NCBI GenBank assembly: GCA_022711395.1
Contig: JAKLFA010000002.1
Span: forward strand, 195,864-259,863
Reading direction: 5' to 3'
Origin: Candidatus Omnitrophota bacterium
GTDB lineage: Bacteria; Omnitrophota; Gorgyraeia; Zapsychrales; JANLHA01
Length of the DNA: 64,000 nucleotides
Numbering within the stretch: the first letter of the stretch is position 1; each line of letters starts with the position of its first letter. Shown in pieces: positions 1-10,446 of the stretch. The notes below the pieces were generated by a model. It was not told where the DNA came from, made no database searches, and saw only the letters and a list, made by a program, of their open reading frames with translations. The translations under genes and the position numbers were made by a program.

Positions 1-687
1 CAATTCTTCGACTTCCGTCACCGTCAGTGTTGAGATCAATGACTCCGGGTTATTGGCGTCTTTTAACACGCCGGTCACATTGGTCAGGAAGACCAGTTTT
101 TCGGCGTTTAAAGAACCGGCGATCGCGCTGGCGACTTCATCGGCGTTGACGTTATGCGGTTGCTGCTGTTCCATATGGATCCCCATCGGGGAAAGGACTG
201 TGATGTGTCCTTTATGCAGATGCTCTTCAATGGCTTCGCGGTCGACTTTGGTGATGGTCCCCACAAAACCAAGATCCTGATCGGCCTGTTTTTTTTCCAC
301 GTGGATGATGTTCTCATGGCCTTTAAGACCGGTCACATCTCCCTTGGCGGCGCGGATCTCATTAACGATGCGCGTGTTGAGCTTCTCCAATTCTTCTTCA
401 ACGATCTCAAGGGTGTCCTTATCCGTGACGCGGATCCCGTTATGGAATTTTGCGGCGATCCCCCGTTCTTTCAATCGTCCACTGATGTGGGGCCCTCCGC
501 CGTGCACCAGGATCGTGCGAATGCCCACATAGCTTAGAAAGACGATGTCTTCCAGGACGTTCTTCCGGATGGTTTCATCTTCCAGGATACTGCCTCCGTA
601 TTTGATAACAAAAACCTTGCGACGGAATTGATGAATGTAGGGAATCGCTTCAACAAGGACACTGGCTTTTCGTATGTAGGTTTCCAT
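1..687 (-). CDS. argB: N-acetylglutamate kinase; N-terminal ~229 aa present, C-terminus lies beyond the window start
   Basis: Minus-strand ORF running off the window edge. Translation METYIRKASVLVEAIPYIHQFRRKVFVIKYGGS...ILVHGGGPHI matches the amino-acid kinase/ArgB N-terminus. Its ATG overlaps the argJ stop (TAATG), so the two genes are translationally coupled. Confidence 0.8.
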   Translation of the reverse strand, partial: METYIRKASVLVEAIPYIHQFRRKVFVIKYGGSILEDETIRKNVLEDIVFLSYVGIRTILVHGGGPHISGRLKERGIAAKFHNGIRVTDKDTLEIVEEELEKLNTRIVNEIRAAKGDVTGLKGHENIIHVEKKQADQDLGFVGTITKVDREAIEEHLHKGHITVLSPMGIHMEQQQPHNVNADEVASAIAGSLNAEKLVFLTNVTGVLKDANNPESLISTLTVTEVEEL

Positions 688-1832
688 TAATTGTACTTTC
701 CGTTAATTCGAATGTATTCTTCCGTTAAATTACAGCTGTAGACGGTCGCCTCAGCTTTGCCCATGTGAAGGTCGGCCTCAAGGCGTACGATGTTTTTTTG
801 GTTTTTGACGCTGATCTTGAGCGTCTCCTCATCGATCTTGATGCCGAGCGATCCGATGGCAGCGGCGATACGGCCCCAGTTCGGGTTGGGTTGGTCGTAG
901 TCCGCGGTCTTTACCAGGTTTGAATTCGCCACGGCTTTAGCGGCCTTCAGCGCTGTTTTTTCGTTGGGGGCTCCGCCGATATGAACTTCAATGAATTTGG
1001 AAGCCCCTTCTCCATCGAGAACGATCTTCTTGGCCAAATCAAGACAGACCACGATCAGAGCTTCACAGAAAAGTTTGAAATTTTTATCCTCTTTGGTGAT
1101 GAGGGCATTTCCGGCTGCGCCGTTAGCCATGATGGTCACCATGTCGTTGGTGCTCATGCATCCGTCGACCGTGATGCGGTTAAACGAAAGGTCCGTAGCG
1201 ATTTTTAATGCCTTTTTGAGCATGGTGGAATCGATCGCGGCATCGGTCGTCAAGAAGCCCAGCATGGTCGCCATATTCGGCTCGATCATTCCTGAACCCT
1301 TCGCGCAGCCTCCGATCGTGACGGTCGCGCCATCCAGTTCGACAGAGACGGCGATCTCTTTGGTCATCAGGTCCGTTGTCATGATCCCGAGCGCGGCGGC
1401 CGTTCCGTTGATGCGGCGGCTTCCTAAGCTGTGCACAAGAAGCGGGGCTTTGTCCGCGATCTTTGCAAATGGCAGCGGCTGGCCGATGATGCCGGTCGAG
1501 GCGACGATGACATCGGATGTCTTGATCTTAAGGAGCTTGGCAGTGATCTCCGCCATACGTTTGGCATAGATCAGGCCGAAACTTCCCGTAAAGCAGTTGG
1601 CATTGCCGCTATTGCAGATAACAGCACGGGCTGTTCCATCCTTCAAATGGCTTTTAGAAATGATCAGCGGTGCCGCCTTGACCGAATTTTGCGTATAAAC
1701 CCCGGCAGCAGAACAAGGGAATTTGCTATAGATCAACGACAGGTCTGGGCGCCCGGAACGCTTGATCCCGCAATAAATGCTGTTGGCTAAAAAGCCCTTA
1801 GGTTGAGTCACGCCTGCTTTGATGATTTTCAT
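687..1832 (-). CDS. argJ: bifunctional ornithine acetyltransferase / N-acetylglutamate synthase
   Basis: 381-aa ORF with the ArgJ autoproteolysis site context PNMATMLGFLTTDA (ATML motif); arg operon context. Confidence 0.9.
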   Translation of the reverse strand: MKIIKAGVTQPKGFLANSIYCGIKRSGRPDLSLIYSKFPCSAAGVYTQNSVKAAPLIISKSHLKDGTARAVICNSGNANCFTGSFGLIYAKRMAEITAKLLKIKTSDVIVASTGIIGQPLPFAKIADKAPLLVHSLGSRRINGTAAALGIMTTDLMTKEIAVSVELDGATVTIGGCAKGSGMIEPNMATMLGFLTTDAAIDSTMLKKALKIATDLSFNRITVDGCMSTNDMVTIMANGAAGNALITKEDKNFKLFCEALIVVCLDLAKKIVLDGEGASKFIEVHIGGAPNEKTALKAAKAVANSNLVKTADYDQPNPNWGRIAAAIGSLGIKIDEETLKISVKNQKNIVRLEADLHMGKAEATVYSCNLTEEYIRINGKYN

Positions 1833-1849
1833 AATGTCCTCGTATCTTC

Positions 1850-2893
1850 TTATGCTAATCCGGTTGTTTCAGGAACACCAAAAAGGATGTTCATGTTCTG
1901 TATGGCCTGACCCGCAGCGCCTTTGATCAAGTTGTCAATGGCAACGGTGATGATAAGCTGATGTTTTTCTTTACTAAAAGCTAAGCCGATGTCGCAGAAG
2001 TTCGTTCCGACCACATTCTTGATCTCGGGGGCTTCACCCAGCTTAAGAACTCGGACAAAGGGCTCAGTTTTATAGAATTTTTTGTATAAGTTGTGGATCT
2101 TGCTGGCGGAAAATCCATCCCCTGCCAGCTCTACATAGATCGTTTCATAAATCCCGGTCGTGATCGGAAGAAGATGCGCGGTGAACGTCGCGTCGATCTC
2201 CTTTCCGGCGATGATCGAAAGGTATTGATTGATCTCCGGCGTATGCTGGTGGCAGAAAATCTTGTAGGCTTTCAGGCTTTCATTGACTTCTGCGAACATC
2301 ATTGATGGCACAGCCTTCTTGCCGGCCCCGCTTACTCCGGATTTTGCATCGATGATGATCGAGCCTATGGCTTTGGTCTGCAGACCCACCAAAGGCGCCA
2401 GCCCTAAAATCGCAGCGGTCGGATAACAGCCTGGATTGGCAATAAGCGTTGCCTTGGCGATTTTGGCGCGGAAGATCTCCGGCATGCCATACACAGCTTT
2501 GGAAAGTCTTCGGGGGTCCAAGTGCTTCTTTCCGTACCATTTTTTGTAAGCGGCGGCTGAATGGAGACGATAATCCCCGCTTAAATCGATGACGGCGATT
2601 TTCTTAGCCAGCAATTGAGGCGTGATCTCCATGGAAACGCAATGCGGAACCGCCAGAAAGACCACGTCACACAGTGACGCAGCTTTGTCCGCGTTGAACT
2701 GTTCGCAGTATAGCTTTGTCTTCCCGTTTAATTGGGGCCAAATCTCCGCTAGTTTTCCCTGGGTTGTATTGGCGCTGACATAGGTCAATCGAACATTCGG
2801 ATGATTTAAAAGGAGTTTGATCGTTGCAAGACCTGAATAGCCGCTAATTCCGACAATACCAACACGAATATGCTCGTTCATGCGATGTTCCAT
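1850..2893 (-). CDS. argC: N-acetyl-gamma-glutamyl-phosphate reductase
   Basis: 347 aa with IRVGIVGISGYSG Rossmann N-terminus and the LIANPGCYPTA catalytic-Cys region; adjacent to argJ. Confidence 0.9.
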   Translation of the reverse strand: MEHRMNEHIRVGIVGISGYSGLATIKLLLNHPNVRLTYVSANTTQGKLAEIWPQLNGKTKLYCEQFNADKAASLCDVVFLAVPHCVSMEITPQLLAKKIAVIDLSGDYRLHSAAAYKKWYGKKHLDPRRLSKAVYGMPEIFRAKIAKATLIANPGCYPTAAILGLAPLVGLQTKAIGSIIIDAKSGVSGAGKKAVPSMMFAEVNESLKAYKIFCHQHTPEINQYLSIIAGKEIDATFTAHLLPITTGIYETIYVELAGDGFSASKIHNLYKKFYKTEPFVRVLKLGEAPEIKNVVGTNFCDIGLAFSKEKHQLIITVAIDNLIKGAAGQAIQNMNILFGVPETTGLA

Positions 2894-2929
2894 CCCTATT
2901 ATTGATATAAATATATATAAAATGAATGA

Positions 2930-2987
2930 TTAATATTAAAATAAAAAGCCTATCTCGTCAACTCTTTTCTCGAGGGAGATAGGCTTT
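2930..2987 (-). terminator. rho-independent terminator downstream of rpsI
   Basis: 12-bp perfect inverted repeat AAAGCCTATCTC/GAGATAGGCTTT (2945-2956 and 2976-2987), followed on the minus strand by TTTTTATTTTAATATT. Confidence 0.6.
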
Positions 2988-3013
2988 AAATTTACTAAAT
3001 TTGTTCGAAAATC

Positions 3014-3409
3014 TTACCGTTTAACCCATTGGAACTTCCTACGTGCTCCCTTCTGACCCGGCTTTTTCCGTTCTTTCATCCTAGCGTCGCGCCTGAGCAG
3101 GGTTGCTTTTTTGAGCGTGGGCTTAGAATCAGTATCAAAATTCACTAAAGCCCGGGCAAGGCCCATCTGAATGGCGCCTGCTTGGCCGGAAAGACCTCCT
3201 CCGGTCACACTGGCTTCAATGTCAAATTTACCAAGGGTGTTTGTTAACTTTAACGGCTCCAAGATCAGGATCCGGTCTGTTTCACGAAGAAAATAGTTCT
3301 CGAACGGACGCTTGTTGACATGAATAACGCCTGTTCCCGGGATGACATTTACTCGGGCGACTGAACATTTTCTTCTGCCTGTTGCGGCATATTTGACCAT
3401 TTCTACCAT
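3014..3409 (-). CDS. rpsI: 30S ribosomal protein S9
   Basis: C-terminal KKPGQKGARRKFQWVKR is typical of S9. ATG at 3409 with an AGGAG RBS 7 nt upstream; the ORF track's GTG at 3424 is less likely. Confidence 0.9.
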   Translation of the reverse strand: MVEMVKYAATGRRKCSVARVNVIPGTGVIHVNKRPFENYFLRETDRILILEPLKLTNTLGKFDIEASVTGGGLSGQAGAIQMGLARALVNFDTDSKPTLKKATLLRRDARMKERKKPGQKGARRKFQWVKR

Positions 3410-3432
3410 GAAAAAACTCCTCACTCAAAATG

Positions 3433-3870
3433 TTAAATATCTAATGGAACCGGTTTCTGCGCTGTATGGGGATGTGAATCACCCGCATAAACTTTGAGCC
3501 GGGTTCTTAAAGTGTTTCCTAATTTCCCCTTGGGAAGCATGCGGTCAACAGCCAGGCGCATTGCTTTTGCCGGGGCCTTCTTTATCATTTCTTCAAATGT
3601 AACGGTCCGTAAACCCGACGGATATCCGGAATATCTTGTATAAGTCTTTTGCTTTGTTTTATTTCCGGTAACACGAACTTTTCCGGCGTTAATGATGATC
3701 ACCCGGTCCCCCGTATCCAGATGGGGTGTGAAGATCGGTTTGTGCTTTCCGCGTAAAATTGTAGCCACGCGTGTTGCCACACGGCCTAAAATTTTATCCT
3801 GGGCATCCACAATAAAATATTTGTGCTCGATTTCGTTAATTTTTGGGATATATGTTTTGTCTTGTTTCAT
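3433..3870 (-). CDS. rplM: 50S ribosomal protein L13
   Basis: 145 aa; YFIVDAQDKILGRVATRVATILRGKHKP is the L13 N-terminal signature; classic rplM-rpsI pair. Confidence 0.9.
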   Translation of the reverse strand: MKQDKTYIPKINEIEHKYFIVDAQDKILGRVATRVATILRGKHKPIFTPHLDTGDRVIIINAGKVRVTGNKTKQKTYTRYSGYPSGLRTVTFEEMIKKAPAKAMRLAVDRMLPKGKLGNTLRTRLKVYAGDSHPHTAQKPVPLDI

Positions 3871-3966
3871 TTTTACACCTGTGTGTTATTTTTAAATAAT
3901 GAGCTAAAATTATAACATTTAACGATTGAATGTCAACTTTTTTTATTTATTGGCCAGGGCAGAATT

Positions 3967-4722
3967 TTAGTATACAACTTCCATCAAGCATAAACCATGG
4001 GCTGGGGCGGTGTCTCCAGCCATCGTGCGGTTTTTGGATTTTAAAATTACGGCAACCTCCTGGGGGGTGAGTTTTCCGCTTCCTACAAAAAGAAGCGTGC
4101 CGATGATGCTGCGCACCATCTTATACAGAAAACCGTTCGATTGAGCATCAATAAAAATGAAGTGCTTTTTTCGTGTGATCTTTAAGGAGAACAGATTGCG
4201 AACGGTGTCCTTTTCGGGGGGGGCCTTTCGCTGCCCCGGATCGCCGGTCATGAATGACCGAAAGTCATGGCGTCCTTCTAAAAGGCGGGCGGCTTCACGC
4301 ATTCTTGCGATGTTCAATTTATAGGGCACGTGAAGACAGAAATTTCGTTCCATTACGGGTGAAACGGCGCGATTGAGGATCGTGTATCGGTATGTTTTTG
4401 TTTTGACATGGAACTGAGCGTGAAACTTCGGGGACGCTTCTTCGATCTTGGTGATGCGGACGTCATCGGGCAGGTTGCCGTTTAAGGCGCATAAAAATTC
4501 CTGAAGTCCCATTTTGGTCTGGGACTTAAAATGAGCGACCTGCCCCTTAGCGTGGACTCCGCTATCCGTTCGTCCCGAACCAAAAACGCGCACTCGTTTT
4601 TGTGTGATCGTTTCGAGTGCGCGTTCAATTTCGCCTTGTACGGTCCGGGTGTTTTGCCCTTGGACCTGCCAGCCGCTAAAGTGGGTGCCATCGTATTCGA
4701 TGGTGATCTTGAAATTTTTCAC
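3967..4722 (-). CDS. truA: tRNA pseudouridine(38-40) synthase
   Basis: 251 aa; YDGTHFSGWQVQ and GSGRTDSGVHAKGQVAHF are TruA catalytic-Asp region motifs. Confidence 0.85.
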   Translation of the reverse strand: MKNFKITIEYDGTHFSGWQVQGQNTRTVQGEIERALETITQKRVRVFGSGRTDSGVHAKGQVAHFKSQTKMGLQEFLCALNGNLPDDVRITKIEEASPKFHAQFHVKTKTYRYTILNRAVSPVMERNFCLHVPYKLNIARMREAARLLEGRHDFRSFMTGDPGQRKAPPEKDTVRNLFSLKITRKKHFIFIDAQSNGFLYKMVRSIIGTLLFVGSGKLTPQEVAVILKSKNRTMAGDTAPAHGLCLMEVVY

Positions 4723-4723
4723 T

Positions 4724-5728
4724 TTACTTTAAAAGGTTCTGCCTGATCAGTTCTTCGGCGATCTGAATGGCATTTAATGCTGCGCCTTTGCGAATGTTAT
4801 CTGAGACGACCCAGAGATTCAGACCGTTATCGATGGTTTCGTCCTCACGAATTCGTCCGACGAAGGTCTCATCCTTGCCGGCCGCCAGCAGCGGCATCGG
4901 ATAGATATTTTTTTCCAACTCATCCATGACGATCACTCCCGGAGCTTTCGAAAGAAGCTGAATGGCCTTTTTGCGTGTGATCTTCTTTTCGGTTTCGATA
5001 TTGACGGATTCCGAATGGCCAAAAAACACCGGGCAGCGCACGCAGGTGGCCGTGACGCGGATATTATCATCATGCATGATCTTTTTTGTTTCCTTGACCA
5101 TCTTCATCTCTTCTTTGGTGTAGAGATTAGGCATGGTGACGTCGATCTGCGGGATCAGGTTGTGCAGGATCTGATAAGGAAAAGCCTTTGCCTTTTTGCT
5201 TCCTTTGATTTGGGCATTAAATTCATCGATCGCCGGTGATCCGGCACCGCTGACCGCTTGATAGGTCGATACCACGATTCTCTTGATGCGCGCATAATCA
5301 TGCAGCGGCTTAAGAGCCACGACCATTTGGATCGTTGAACAGTTGGGATTGGCAATGATTCCGTTATGTTTGGCAATATCTTCCGGGTTGACCTCCGGGA
5401 CCACGAGCGGCACATCCGGATCCATCCTGAAATGGCTGGTGTTATCGATCACCACCGCGCCGGCTTTCACGGCAGACGGTGAATACTCTGCTGAGATCTT
5501 CGCGCCCGGCGATGACAGGACGATATCGATTCCCTTAAACGCATCATGGTCAAGCTTCGAAAGTTTGAATTCGCGCTTGTTGATCTTATATGTGCGCAGT
5601 GCCTCATTGGGGTTAAACGACAGCAAACGTAATTCATTGAGCGGGAATTTGCGTTGTTTGAGGATCTCGAACATGCAATCTCCGACAGCGCCGCGAATCC
5701 CTGTAATAGCGACATTATATTTTTTCAT
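4724..5728 (-). CDS. asd: aspartate-semialdehyde dehydrogenase
   Basis: 334 aa; N-terminal VAITGIRGAVG Rossmann fold, IANPNCSTI active-site Cys region and SGAG motif. Confidence 0.85.
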   Translation of the reverse strand: MKKYNVAITGIRGAVGDCMFEILKQRKFPLNELRLLSFNPNEALRTYKINKREFKLSKLDHDAFKGIDIVLSSPGAKISAEYSPSAVKAGAVVIDNTSHFRMDPDVPLVVPEVNPEDIAKHNGIIANPNCSTIQMVVALKPLHDYARIKRIVVSTYQAVSGAGSPAIDEFNAQIKGSKKAKAFPYQILHNLIPQIDVTMPNLYTKEEMKMVKETKKIMHDDNIRVTATCVRCPVFFGHSESVNIETEKKITRKKAIQLLSKAPGVIVMDELEKNIYPMPLLAAGKDETFVGRIREDETIDNGLNLWVVSDNIRKGAALNAIQIAEELIRQNLLK

Positions 5729-5752
5729 CTTCCAATCCTTGTTTAAATAACG

Positions 5753-6808
5753 TTAGAGATGTTTTACGACAAGGTCTCCGACTTCAGCCGTGGAATATCC
5801 CATTTTTCCGGCAGCCACGCTTTTGAGTTTTGTGGTGACGACGGTCTTCACGGATGTTTCCACCTGCGAAGCAGCCCCTTCTTCCCCGACTTCACGCAGC
5901 ATCATCGCCATGGCGCAGACGGCAGCCAATGGGTTGATGACGTTCTTACCGGTATATTTCGGGGCAGATCCGCCGATCGGCTCGAACATCGAGACGCCGT
6001 TGGGATTGATGTTGCCACCAGCGGCCAGGCCCATTCCACCCTGGATCATGGCGCCCAGATCAGTGATGATATCACCGAACATGTTGTCGGTCACGATGAC
6101 ATCGAACCATTCCGGGTTTTTAACGAACCACATGGTAGTCGCATCAACGTGTGCGTAATCTGTTTTGATATCAGGATATTCCTTGGCAACTTCATAGAAC
6201 GTTCTTTCCCATAAGTCAAAGGCAAAGGTCAGGACATTGGTCTTTCCGCAGAGCGTGAGCTGTTTCTTTTTTCCGTAATTTCTCGCATATTCAAAGGCAT
6301 AGCGGATACAGCGCTCGACGCCTTTGCGCGTATTGTGGGAGACCTGGATCGCGACTTCTTCCGGGGTCCCTTTATTTTGGAATTCACCCAGCCCTTTATA
6401 AAGGCCTTCTGAATTTTCACGAACGACGACAAAATCGATGTCGGATGGTTTTTTGTCCTTAAGTGGACAGAAGCGTTCGTCAAAAAGCTGAACCGGACGC
6501 AAGTTGATGTACTGGTCCAGGTCAAAACGCAATTTCAAGAGGATCCCTTTTTCCAGGATGCCTGGTTTCACGTCCGGATGCCCGATGGCGCCAAGAAAAA
6601 TACTGTCGAATTTCTTGAGGTCTTCAACAGCGGTCTTAGGAAGGACTTCTCCGGTCCGCATAAAACGCTCGCCTCCGAAATCAAAATGCGTGGTTTCATA
6701 TTTGAAACCGTTCTTTTGGGCCACAGCGGCAAGGACCTTTAATCCTTCATTGACAACTTCCGGGCCGGTTCCATCACCGGGGATCACGGCAAATTTGTAG
6801 CATTTCAT
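5753..6808 (-). CDS. isopropylmalate/tartrate dehydrogenase family (LeuB/TtuC-type decarboxylating dehydrogenase)
   Basis: 351 aa; [30 protein letters not shown] and NMFGDIITD motifs of beta-decarboxylating dehydrogenases. It is closest in feel to the TtuC / Thermus-type LeuB group, so substrate is uncertain. Confidence 0.75.
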   Translation of the reverse strand: MKCYKFAVIPGDGTGPEVVNEGLKVLAAVAQKNGFKYETTHFDFGGERFMRTGEVLPKTAVEDLKKFDSIFLGAIGHPDVKPGILEKGILLKLRFDLDQYINLRPVQLFDERFCPLKDKKPSDIDFVVVRENSEGLYKGLGEFQNKGTPEEVAIQVSHNTRKGVERCIRYAFEYARNYGKKKQLTLCGKTNVLTFAFDLWERTFYEVAKEYPDIKTDYAHVDATTMWFVKNPEWFDVIVTDNMFGDIITDLGAMIQGGMGLAAGGNINPNGVSMFEPIGGSAPKYTGKNVINPLAAVCAMAMMLREVGEEGAASQVETSVKTVVTTKLKSVAAGKMGYSTAEVGDLVVKHL

Positions 6809-6843
6809 AACAACATCCCTTCCTTAGATATGTCTATCATCAA

Positions 6844-8091
6844 TTATTCAACAAACCGTTTCATAACGATCGTGGCGTTGTGGCCACCGAAACCCAAAGA
6901 GTTTGAAATGGCAACGTCAACTTTCATGGCCCGCGCTGTATTGGGAACATAATCCAGGTCACATTCGGGGTCAGGTGTTTCGTAATTGATCGTTGGCGGA
7001 ACAATATTATCTTGGATCGCCATAACGGAAGCTACAGCTTCGATCCCCCCGGCAGCACCTAACAGATGGCCGGTCATGGATTTGGTTGAGCTGATCGCTA
7101 CACGGCGCGCCTGTTCTTCCCCGAACGCGATCTTGATCGCTAACGTCTCGATCTTATCATTGAGGTTTGTGGAAGTTCCATGGGCGTTAATATAGGAAAC
7201 ATCCGCTGGAGTCAGTCCAGCGTCTTTTAAAGCGAAAATCATCGCGTCCGCCGCGCCTTCTCCACTGGGTTCCGGTGCGGTTGAATGGAACGCATCAGAT
7301 GTCCGGCCGTATCCGACAAGTTCCGCCAGGATCGTTGCCCCGCGCGCTTTTGCGTGTTCGAGCGTTTCCAGCAAAAAGACCCCGGCGCCTTCTCCCATGA
7401 TAAACCCATCACGGTTGAGATCGAACGGACGGCTGGCCTTTTCCGGTTCATCATTGCGCGTCGATAACGCTTTCAGTGAGGCGAACCCTGCAACAGCCAA
7501 AGGTGTGGTCGCATTTTCGGTTCCTCCAGCCAGGAGAATATCCGCATCGCCGTATTGGATCATACGAAGGGCCTCACCGATCGCATTGGTTCCGGTCGCG
7601 CAGGCCGTGACCACGCAGAGAGCGCAGTTACGGGCACCAGTGTCGATCGCGACTTGACCCGCGGCCTCATTGATAATGATCTTGGGGATCAAAAGCGGTG
7701 AAACACGGCTTGGGCCACGCTCCATCAATTTGGTGTGCTCCACTTCGATGGTATTCATGCTTCCGATCCCGGAACCGATTAGAACGCCAAAGCGTTTCTT
7801 ATCGACTTTTTCAAGGTCAAGTTTCGCATGGGCAACCGCTTCACGGGATGCCACAACGGCAAACTGCGTGAAACGGGCGATCTTGCGAGCTTCTTTGCTG
7901 TTGAAATAATCCTCGGGATTAAAATCTTTAACGCGCCCGCAGATTTTAGCATCAAAGGCCGATGCGTCGAAATGTTCTATACGGGCGATCCCGCTTTTTC
8001 CAGCCTTCAGGGATTCCCAGAATTTTTTTACCCCTGTTCCGACAGGAGAAACAACCCCCATTCCGGTGATCACAACACGACGTTTTTCCAT
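6844..8091 (-). CDS. fabF: 3-oxoacyl-ACP synthase II
   Basis: 415 aa; RRVVITGMGVVSPVG N-terminus, active-site ACATG Cys, HGTSTNLND and NSLGFGGHNAT His/Lys motifs. Confidence 0.9.
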   Translation of the reverse strand: MEKRRVVITGMGVVSPVGTGVKKFWESLKAGKSGIARIEHFDASAFDAKICGRVKDFNPEDYFNSKEARKIARFTQFAVVASREAVAHAKLDLEKVDKKRFGVLIGSGIGSMNTIEVEHTKLMERGPSRVSPLLIPKIIINEAAGQVAIDTGARNCALCVVTACATGTNAIGEALRMIQYGDADILLAGGTENATTPLAVAGFASLKALSTRNDEPEKASRPFDLNRDGFIMGEGAGVFLLETLEHAKARGATILAELVGYGRTSDAFHSTAPEPSGEGAADAMIFALKDAGLTPADVSYINAHGTSTNLNDKIETLAIKIAFGEEQARRVAISSTKSMTGHLLGAAGGIEAVASVMAIQDNIVPPTINYETPDPECDLDYVPNTARAMKVDVAISNSLGFGGHNATIVMKRFVE

Positions 8092-8135
8092 AGAATGCTC
8101 CCAACGATTTGGAATATTATGCCGCTATATATAGG

Positions 8136-8161
8136 ATTGCCCCGATGAATACCGGGGCAAT
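8136..8161. promoter_or_regulatory. stem-loop in the acpP-fabF intergenic region (possible attenuator or processing hairpin)
   Basis: 9-bp inverted repeat ATTGCCCCG ... CGGGGCAAT with an 8-nt loop. There is no clear T-run, so it is not a confident terminator. Confidence 0.3.
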
Positions 8162-8200
8162 CGTTATCCCACTTAACTTATCGTAAGACCGCTTTAAAGT

Positions 8201-8443
8201 TTAGCTTTTTGAGGCAGTCTTTTCATCAATGTATCGGATGGCATCACCGACGGTTGTCATCTTTTCCGCATCCTCATCCGGGATCTCGATGCCGAATTCT
8301 TCTTCCAAGGCCATGATTAATTCGACAGTGTCTAAGGAATCTGCTCCCAAATCATCAATGAATGATGCTTCAGGTTTTGCCTCTTCAACTTTGACACCAA
8401 GCTGTTCAGCGATAATTGATTTGATTTTGTCTTCAGCTGACAT
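8201..8443 (-). CDS. acpP: acyl carrier protein
   Basis: 80-aa product [17 protein letters not shown]...[22 protein letters not shown] with the phosphopantetheine Ser in DSLD. GGAGG RBS upstream; the longer 116-aa ORF in the track is an N-terminal over-extension. Confidence 0.9.
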   Translation of the reverse strand: MSAEDKIKSIIAEQLGVKVEEAKPEASFIDDLGADSLDTVELIMALEEEFGIEIPDEDAEKMTTVGDAIRYIDEKTASKS

Positions 8444-8472
8444 AAAAGAGCCTCCTTTTAAAACTCTTTGGG

Positions 8473-9213
8473 TTAAATCCCCATACCCCCATCCACTAGG
8501 ATTGTTTGTCCGGTTATATAATCTGCATCTGATGATGCCAGAAACAGGCACGCATTGGCGATGTCCGCCGGTGACCCAAGTTTCTTTAAAGGAATCGCTG
8601 CTGCGAGTTCCTCTTTGACCTGGTCGGTCAATTTGTCGGTCATGGCGGTTTGAATGAACCCGGGAGCTACAGCATTGGCGGTAACCCCTCTGGAGGCGAA
8701 TTCCTTAGCGGTGGTCTTTGTAAGACCGATCAACCCTGCCTTGCTTGCGGAATAGTTCGCCTGACCGGCATTGCCTATGACGCCAACGATCGAAGCGATA
8801 TTGATGATCTTACCCTTGCGGGCCTTCATCATGCTTCGAACAACGGCCTTTGTGCAAATAAAAGCGCCTTTTAAGTTTACGTTGAGAACGGCATCCCATT
8901 CTTCTTCGCTCATACGAATCAGCAAATTGTCTTTGGTGATGCCAGCGTTGTTAACTAATATATCAATGCGGTTATGATTGTCAAGAATTTTGTCTACCAT
9001 TTCTTGGACGGCTTGGCCGTTTGTGACGTTGCAAGCCACGGCGTCCGCTGAGTAACCCTGTTTTTTGAGTTCTTCGGCGGTCGCCAGACACGCTTCTTGG
9101 CTGATATCAGAGATGATCACCGTTGCGCCTTCTTGGGCGAACTTTAGTGCGATCTCTTTGCCAATCCCGCGGGCGGAGCCCGTGATCAAGGCGATTTGGT
9201 CTTTAAGTTTCAT
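8473..9213 (-). CDS. fabG: 3-oxoacyl-ACP reductase
   Basis: 246 aa starting [22 protein letters not shown]; NNAG, YSASKAG and PGFIQT motifs of SDR FabG. The 358-aa track ORF is an upstream over-extension. Confidence 0.9.
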   Translation of the reverse strand: MKLKDQIALITGSARGIGKEIALKFAQEGATVIISDISQEACLATAEELKKQGYSADAVACNVTNGQAVQEMVDKILDNHNRIDILVNNAGITKDNLLIRMSEEEWDAVLNVNLKGAFICTKAVVRSMMKARKGKIINIASIVGVIGNAGQANYSASKAGLIGLTKTTAKEFASRGVTANAVAPGFIQTAMTDKLTDQVKEELAAAIPLKKLGSPADIANACLFLASSDADYITGQTILVDGGMGI

Positions 9214-9280
9214 GCGATATCCTTTTTTTAAATTCAAGCTGTTCTTCATCTTAACAACTGGTTTTGATTTTTCAAGTGAA

Positions 9281-9315
9281 AAGTCAAAAAACAAGCGTCT
9301 CATTGAGAGACGCTT
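9281..9315 (-). terminator. rho-independent terminator downstream of the rlpA-like gene
   Basis: AAGCGTCTC-attga-GAGACGCTT hairpin, followed on the minus strand by GTTTTTTG. Confidence 0.5.
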
Positions 9316-9350
9316 ATTAAAAAAGAAAATTTGTCTTACAGGGCTGCTAT

Positions 9351-9794
9351 TTAGAGAAGCTCGAGCTGGACTTTGACCAGTCCCTTTTTTAATCCGGCGA
9401 TGGACTGGAATGCGGCTTTGGATAGGTCGATCACGCGGCCTTTTCTCACATATCGTTTGTGAGGACCCCTGTCGTTGACGCGGACGATCACGGATTTTCC
9501 GTTTTCCAGATTGGTGACCTTGATCTTTTGGTTGAATGGGACTCCCCACATGGCGCAGGTCAGCTCCCTGTCATTGAAGATTTCCATATTGGCGGTGTGC
9601 TTACGAACGCCCGGGGATTGTTGAGAATACCAAGACGCTTGGCCAATGATGAGATCCTCGTCATCAACATCCTTCTGGATGAGCGGCTGAGGGGTTATCA
9701 TGACATTGGCGGTGCTTTTTGCGTAGACGGCGTGAGTCAACGTTCCGCTGGCAAAGGCCATGATGAAAAGCATGTGAAGTTTTACGTTTCTCAT
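9351..9794 (-). CDS. RlpA-like double-psi beta-barrel (DPBB) lipoprotein / septal lytic transglycosylase-like protein
   Basis: 147 aa with a signal peptide; GQASWYS...TANMEIFNDRELTCAM...IKVTNLENGKSVIVRVNDRGP matches the RlpA/DPBB domain pattern. Confidence 0.7.
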   Translation of the reverse strand: MRNVKLHMLFIMAFASGTLTHAVYAKSTANVMITPQPLIQKDVDDEDLIIGQASWYSQQSPGVRKHTANMEIFNDRELTCAMWGVPFNQKIKVTNLENGKSVIVRVNDRGPHKRYVRKGRVIDLSKAAFQSIAGLKKGLVKVQLELL

Positions 9795-9989
9795 TTTCCG
9801 ATTTTCTCCTCATTGCCATGTGGAGTGATATTGACCTAAACCATAACATAAGTCGGATAGAAGTGGCAAGGTCTTACATGAATCCGGGTGTTTTATAACT
9901 TGTTGTGGATTGGCAATTTATGGAGAGAACAAAAATTTTTTTAATGATTTTTTTAAAAGAGGTCAAAAAACAATGCGGATGCAAAAAAT

Positions 9990-10436
9990 CTACTCTCGAA
10001 ATTCAGCATCTTCTGCCCCATTCACGAAGGTTGGACCATGCGCGGAAGGTCTTCTTTTATTGGCAGTTTGACCAAAGATCCGGAATTCGATCTTTTTCCG
10101 GACCCAATATTTGATGGGTTTGCGGGCGATTGGTATGAGAAACAGAAATCCTAACGAGTCGGTGATAAATCCCGGTGTTAAAAGAAGGATCCCTCCGATC
10201 AGGATCAAAACGCCATCTAACATATCTTCGGTCGGCATCTCTCCCCGTTCAAGACTGGTTTGGATATTGCGCACCACGATGAATCCCTGGAGTCTTGCCA
10301 AGTGCGCGCCGAATACACCGGTCATGATGATCAAAAGAATGGTATTCAGACTGCCGATATGTGATCCAACATGGATCAAAAGGGCCAGTTCAAGGGCCGG
10401 TAAAACGGTAAATAGAATGATCATGTAGGGCATCAT
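9990..10436 (-). CDS. fxsA: FxsA family membrane protein
   Basis: 148 aa; LPALELALLIHVGSHIG ... LLLTPGFITDSLGFLFLIPIAR closely follows the FxsA (UPF0716) pattern. Confidence 0.7.
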   Translation of the reverse strand: MMPYMIILFTVLPALELALLIHVGSHIGSLNTILLIIMTGVFGAHLARLQGFIVVRNIQTSLERGEMPTEDMLDGVLILIGGILLLTPGFITDSLGFLFLIPIARKPIKYWVRKKIEFRIFGQTANKRRPSAHGPTFVNGAEDAEFRE

Positions 10437-10446
10437 AAAGAAGTCC

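Noticed and set aside
8473-9549. 358-aa ORF as given in the track for fabG
   Set aside because: N-terminal 112 residues are Pro/Arg/Gln-rich read-through of the intergenic region. Conserved FabG begins at [12 protein letters not shown] (9213).
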